Shown in pieces: positions 17,455 to 20,000 of a DNA stretch of 20,000 bases (positions are counted from its first letter, which is position 1; each line of letters opens with the position of its first letter). Below the pieces are notes generated by a model, which was not told the DNA's origin, made no database searches, and saw nothing but the letters and a program-made list of their open reading frames with translations. Source of the DNA: an uncultured virus (IMG/VR IMGVR_UViG_3300030419_004303) (lineage: Duplodnaviria > Heunggongvirae > Uroviricota > Caudoviricetes); IMG/VR virus record IMGVR_UViG_3300030419_004303; one strand, given 5' to 3'. Made by a program: the position numbers and the translations under genes.

Positions 17455-17548
17455 CTTCCAAATCATAAATGTATCTACGTTGTTTAAGCTTAGTGTAATT
17501 CACGTAAGCCTCTAACGCTAATACTATTATCCTGAAAAAGTACCTCAC
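17354..17548 (-). CDS. Probable i-spanin (Rz-like)
   Basis: GTGA coupling to the holin stop. Short N-terminal hydrophobic stretch followed by a charged helical region; overlaps the lipoprotein gene by about 100 nt. Confidence 0.5.
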   Translation of the reverse strand: MRYFFRIIVLALEAYVNYTKLKQRRYIYDLEDEIDSLAADGSPASKLRIERLGGRLQLERKRHI

Positions 17549-17709
17549 TTCTTCTTAGACATCACAGACCAAATAACCCCGACTAATGTGACTGCGGCTG
17601 ATACGCCAGTCGTCACTTCTTCGCCAGTAGCGATTCCGCTTTGTGTCATAAAACCACCACCGAAAGTAAGGATGTGGCGGATTATACCTAATATAGCTTG
17701 TTTGTTCAT
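17545..17709 (-). CDS. Small two-TM putative holin (54 aa)
   Basis: Below the ORF-track cutoff: MNKQAILGIIRHILTFGGGFMTQSGIATGEEVTTGVSAAVTLVGVIWSVMSKKK*. The 'RHxLTxxGG...WS..xK' pattern is recalled from the Pam3-gp28-like putative holins. Coupled to its neighbours at both ends. Confidence 0.8.
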   Translation of the reverse strand: MNKQAILGIIRHILTFGGGFMTQSGIATGEEVTTGVSAAVTLVGVIWSVMSKKK

Positions 17710-17885
17710 TTCTTCTTATTTTTACGGGTTAAATTCCAAAGCGTTATAATAGCAACAGTAATACCTAAGAGCCCTCCGAGCAACTGAATCACCCATTGAA
17801 TGTATTCCTGGTAAGGAGCTATTACTGCTACAGTCGATCCTGTTAAACCCGCAAGTCCTTTGGATATGATTTCACTATTGCTCAT
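17706..17885 (-). CDS. Small membrane protein, holin/antiholin-like (59 aa)
   Basis: Start re-assigned to ATG 17885 (MSNSEIISKG...). Two hydrophobic segments and a basic tail RKNKKK; first gene of the lysis cassette. Confidence 0.65.
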   Translation of the reverse strand: MSNSEIISKGLAGLTGSTVAVIAPYQEYIQWVIQLLGGLLGITVAIITLWNLTRKNKKK

Positions 17886-17895
17886 ATATTCGAGC

Positions 17896-17924
17896 AATAT
17901 AGCATATATCTACTAAAGGATCTA
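17896..17924 (-). promoter_or_regulatory. Putative promoter TAGATC-N17-(TGc)TATATT, 10 nt before the first lysis gene
   Basis: Minus strand reads TAGATCctttagtagatatatgcTATATTgctcgaatatATG. Confidence 0.5.
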
Positions 17925-18302
17925 ATCAGGATTTGGCTCTGGATCAGGCTCATCCTCGTCCCCATCCTCTGGATCAGGCTCTGGTTCAGGCTCTGGTTCA
18001 GGCTCATTCTCATCACCACCCTCTGGAGCTGGCTCTGGAGTATTAGTATTTTCTGGATCAGGCTCTGGATCTGGATCTTGATCATGTGGAGGCGGGGGGT
18101 CAATATCGTCTGGGCCATTTGTATGGCTATCATTGACATCACTCACCGACTCCCAACCCTTTTCCCTCAAGGCTTTATAATCCTCATAAGAGAGAGCAGT
18201 GCGTGTATCGTTCCTCCCCTCATTAATTCCGTCCGCTTCAGGGACAGGATTTACCATCCAATGTGGCTTAAACTGCCACTCTGCTAGATCTAGATCAGGC
18301 AT
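17922..18302 (-). CDS. Very acidic protein with a Pro-Glu/Pro-Asp repeat tail (126 aa)
   Basis: TAATG coupling with the upstream gene; the C-terminal half is low-complexity (DPEPDPE...EPEPEPEPEPDPE). Confidence 0.75.
   Translation of the reverse strand: MPDLDLAEWQFKPHWMVNPVPEADGINEGRNDTRTALSYEDYKALREKGWESVSDVNDSHTNGPDDIDPPPPHDQDPDPEPDPENTNTPEPAPEGGDENEPEPEPEPEPDPEDGDEDEPDPEPNPD
17925..18083. repeat. Degenerate 6/12-bp tandem coding repeats (GGCTCT-GGATCA/GGTTCA units)
   Basis: ggctctggatca, ggctctggttca x2 and related units recur; they encode the PE/PD dipeptides. Confidence 0.8.
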
Positions 18303-18511
18303 TATTCTGCGGATTCTTCGTTGGGCTGTTCGGCTGGAGCCTCTGCGGGTGCGGGAGGTTGTTCTCCAGTTTGTTTAGCTATTTCTTTGGCAACTACAAC
18401 AAGTGCTTCTGCTCCGTTCAGCCCCACCTGTTTGGTAGCGATGTCAAGAGCTTGGTAGATTACTTGGATATACTGCTTCGGAATTTCAATTGTAACATTA
18501 TCTTCTGCCAT
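18302..18511 (-). CDS. Small hypothetical protein (69 aa), possible tail-fibre-associated chaperone
   Basis: Helical hairpin (IYQALDIATKQVGL..A..LVVVAKEI) plus an acidic Pro/Ala tail, directly downstream of the tail fibre. Function is inference only. Confidence 0.65.
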   Translation of the reverse strand: MAEDNVTIEIPKQYIQVIYQALDIATKQVGLNGAEALVVVAKEIAKQTGEQPPAPAEAPAEQPNEESAE

Positions 18512-18518
18512 AGCGTAC

Positions 18519-18561
18519 AGAATAGGTATATTGAATACCTTTTCAAGTTATTTATTGAAAA
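18519..18561 (-). promoter_or_regulatory. Putative promoter TTGAAA-N16-TATTCT 7 nt before ATG 18511, with two overlapping inverted repeats
   Basis: -35 at 18546-18541, -10 at 18524-18519. AGGTAT-N5-ATACCT (18524-18540) fills the spacer; TTTTCAA-N8-TTGAAAA (18540-18561) covers the -35. Confidence 0.55.
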
Positions 18562-18587
18562 TTCACCGTCTTTCCCCCCAAATTATA

Positions 18588-20000
18588 TTACCCCATATAC
18601 CAATTAGAGCCGTCAGAATATACAGGGGAAAAATTACTACCCCCTCCTGATGCCTGATATCCTAGATAAGTAGAGCTAAAGGCGTATGCTGAATCACTAA
18701 CAAAAGCTCTAGCCCCTAATGTTGAGCTACCTGCTGTTGGTAGATTGGCGACCGTATAGACCTTTTGTTTTATTACCCCATCAACCTCCAGCTTCTGGTC
18801 TGGGTCGCTCATCCCTATGCCCACGTTCCCTCCCGCTAGAACACGCATTCTTTCGGTTAACGAGCCTCCGTTTGGTCTTGTATTGAAAACTAAATCGCCA
18901 TCGTAATTGTCGGCTGTGCCATTTGATTTAGCACCATGAATGCTTGCAAGCCATCGCTCTCCAGATGTTGAGCCAGTTTGACCACCGAAAACCAAACCCC
19001 CACCAACACCCGAAGCCGCGCTGGTTGTATCGACTATCTTTTGAAGCCATCTCGAACCGCCAGATGTTGTTGCCGACCCTGAAACCACTAGAGGGTAATC
19101 AATAGACGAGGTGCCAACCCCCAGCCCTGTCGATGTCAGTCGCATCTCCTCAGAATTATCAACTCTAAATTGAATATTTGAGTCAGCGGCTCCTGCCCCT
19201 TTGTCTGCATCTAATATCAATGCACCACCAGCCCCATCTATGCTCGCATAAACCCCATCAGGCGCAGAATCCTCCAGCCTAATTACAGGGTCAGAGGATT
19301 TTATGTGTAAATCTGTAGCAGGGCTACTAGTTCCTATACCCACCTTGCCGTCAGAAGTAATACGCATCCTTTCCGCAGTATTATCTCCTACAGCTGTGGT
19401 GCTATTAGTTGAAAATACCAGACTACCTCTTGAATATGATCCCTCAGTTAAAAAGCTTAATTTCGCACCAACAGTAGTAGCATCAGTTGATTGTGCAAAC
19501 CCTATAGAAATTGCATCTCCAGCGACACTACTATCCAAATCTCTGAGCATCAAATGTAAGTCACCATCTTCTGGAGAACTATCGAAGTCATAAGCTGTAT
19601 TTTCGATATGGAGTTTACAAACAGGACTTGTAGTACCGATGCCTACATGGCCACTACTGTTAATCCGCATCTTTTCATACGAATCGCCAGTAGTTCCGAT
19701 TTGGAAATAAATATTATTTGCGGCTATCGCACAATCGGTAGCCGATGCATTAATCTCAAACCTTGAAGCCCTTCCTGAACCCACTCCACTGCCCCAATTA
19801 TTTATGTAAGCTCGGTTCTCTGAGTTATCAAGACTGATGGTCGGGCCTGTCGTGTTGTTTTTTTTGAGGTGTAAAAGGACATCTGGAGACTGGAGGCCAA
19901 TACCAATATTGCCAGTGTCTTCAATTCTAAGTACAGGGTCACTAGTACTAAAAGCTACAGCTAATTGTGTATGAGATCCCGTGCCATCATACGAGGGTGT
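18588..20000 (-). CDS. Tail fibre / receptor-binding protein, C-terminal part (5' end lies outside the window)
   Basis: The frame stays open from 20000 (TPSYDGTGSH...) to the stop at 18588. About five repeats of (E)RMRI-x-x-x-G-x-VGIG-x-x-x-P-x-x-x-LHI; C-terminal YTVANLP...GARAFVSD...PVYSDGSNW module. Confidence 0.85.
   Translation of the reverse strand, partial: TPSYDGTGSHTQLAVAFSTSDPVLRIEDTGNIGIGLQSPDVLLHLKKNNTTGPTISLDNSENRAYINNWGSGVGSGRASRFEINASATDCAIAANNIYFQIGTTGDSYEKMRINSSGHVGIGTTSPVCKLHIENTAYDFDSSPEDGDLHLMLRDLDSSVAGDAISIGFAQSTDATTVGAKLSFLTEGSYSRGSLVFSTNSTTAVGDNTAERMRITSDGKVGIGTSSPATDLHIKSSDPVIRLEDSAPDGVYASIDGAGGALILDADKGAGAADSNIQFRVDNSEEMRLTSTGLGVGTSSIDYPLVVSGSATTSGGSRWLQKIVDTTSAASGVGGGLVFGGQTGSTSGERWLASIHGAKSNGTADNYDGDLVFNTRPNGGSLTERMRVLAGGNVGIGMSDPDQKLEVDGVIKQKVYTVANLPTAGSSTLGARAFVSDSAYAFSSTYLGYQASGGGSNFSPVYSDGSNWYMG

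Noticed and set aside
17925..18083. Repeat region as a CRISPR array or DGR template/variable repeat
   Set aside because: The units are 6-12 bp coding repeats without spacers; there is no reverse transcriptase and no adenine-specific mismatch pair.
17272..19593. ORFs 17272+, 17882-, 18078+, 18359+ and 19303+
   Set aside because: They are shadows of better-supported genes; 17882..18142 is an alternate frame kept open by the PE repeat.
1..20000. Stop-codon reassignment, introns/inteins, or modified-base (e.g. Z-genome) machinery
   Set aside because: Coding density is near complete in the standard code with TAA, TAG and TGA all used as stops. terL, polA and the helicase are uninterrupted and of normal size, and no purZ or other base-modification gene is visible in this window.

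Overview
This window is a segment of a tailed dsDNA bacteriophage genome (Caudoviricetes, probably podovirus-like, with a diderm host) in the standard genetic code. A + strand replication block (about 5675-15334) encodes a tandem-HTH protein (probable TerS), a RuvC-like resolvase, an SF2 helicase, a DUF2800/Cas4-like exonuclease, an SSB-like protein, a family A DNA polymerase and a primase-helicase. Two - strand late blocks flank it. On the left are the terminase large subunit and three probable internal virion proteins. On the right are a tail fibre, two small acidic proteins, an extended lysis cassette (two holin-like genes, an overlapping spanin-like pair, an amidase, a zincin-like protein, a GH24 lysozyme) and a PD-(D/E)xK nuclease. 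I added or corrected several ORFs relative to the track: <1..1208, 10847..11008, 17545..17709, the primase extension across the N gap to 15062, and the tail fibre open to the window end. The most notable observations are a polymorphic-toxin 'pre-toxin'-like hairpin at the N-terminus of a probable ejection protein, the apparent absence of CCGG alongside an orphan restriction-like nuclease, head-to-head terL/terS around a palindrome, a structured RNA leader before polA, and -10 boxes 6-10 nt before start codons with almost no Shine-Dalgarno use. All functional calls are motif recognition by eye; no database searches were run.
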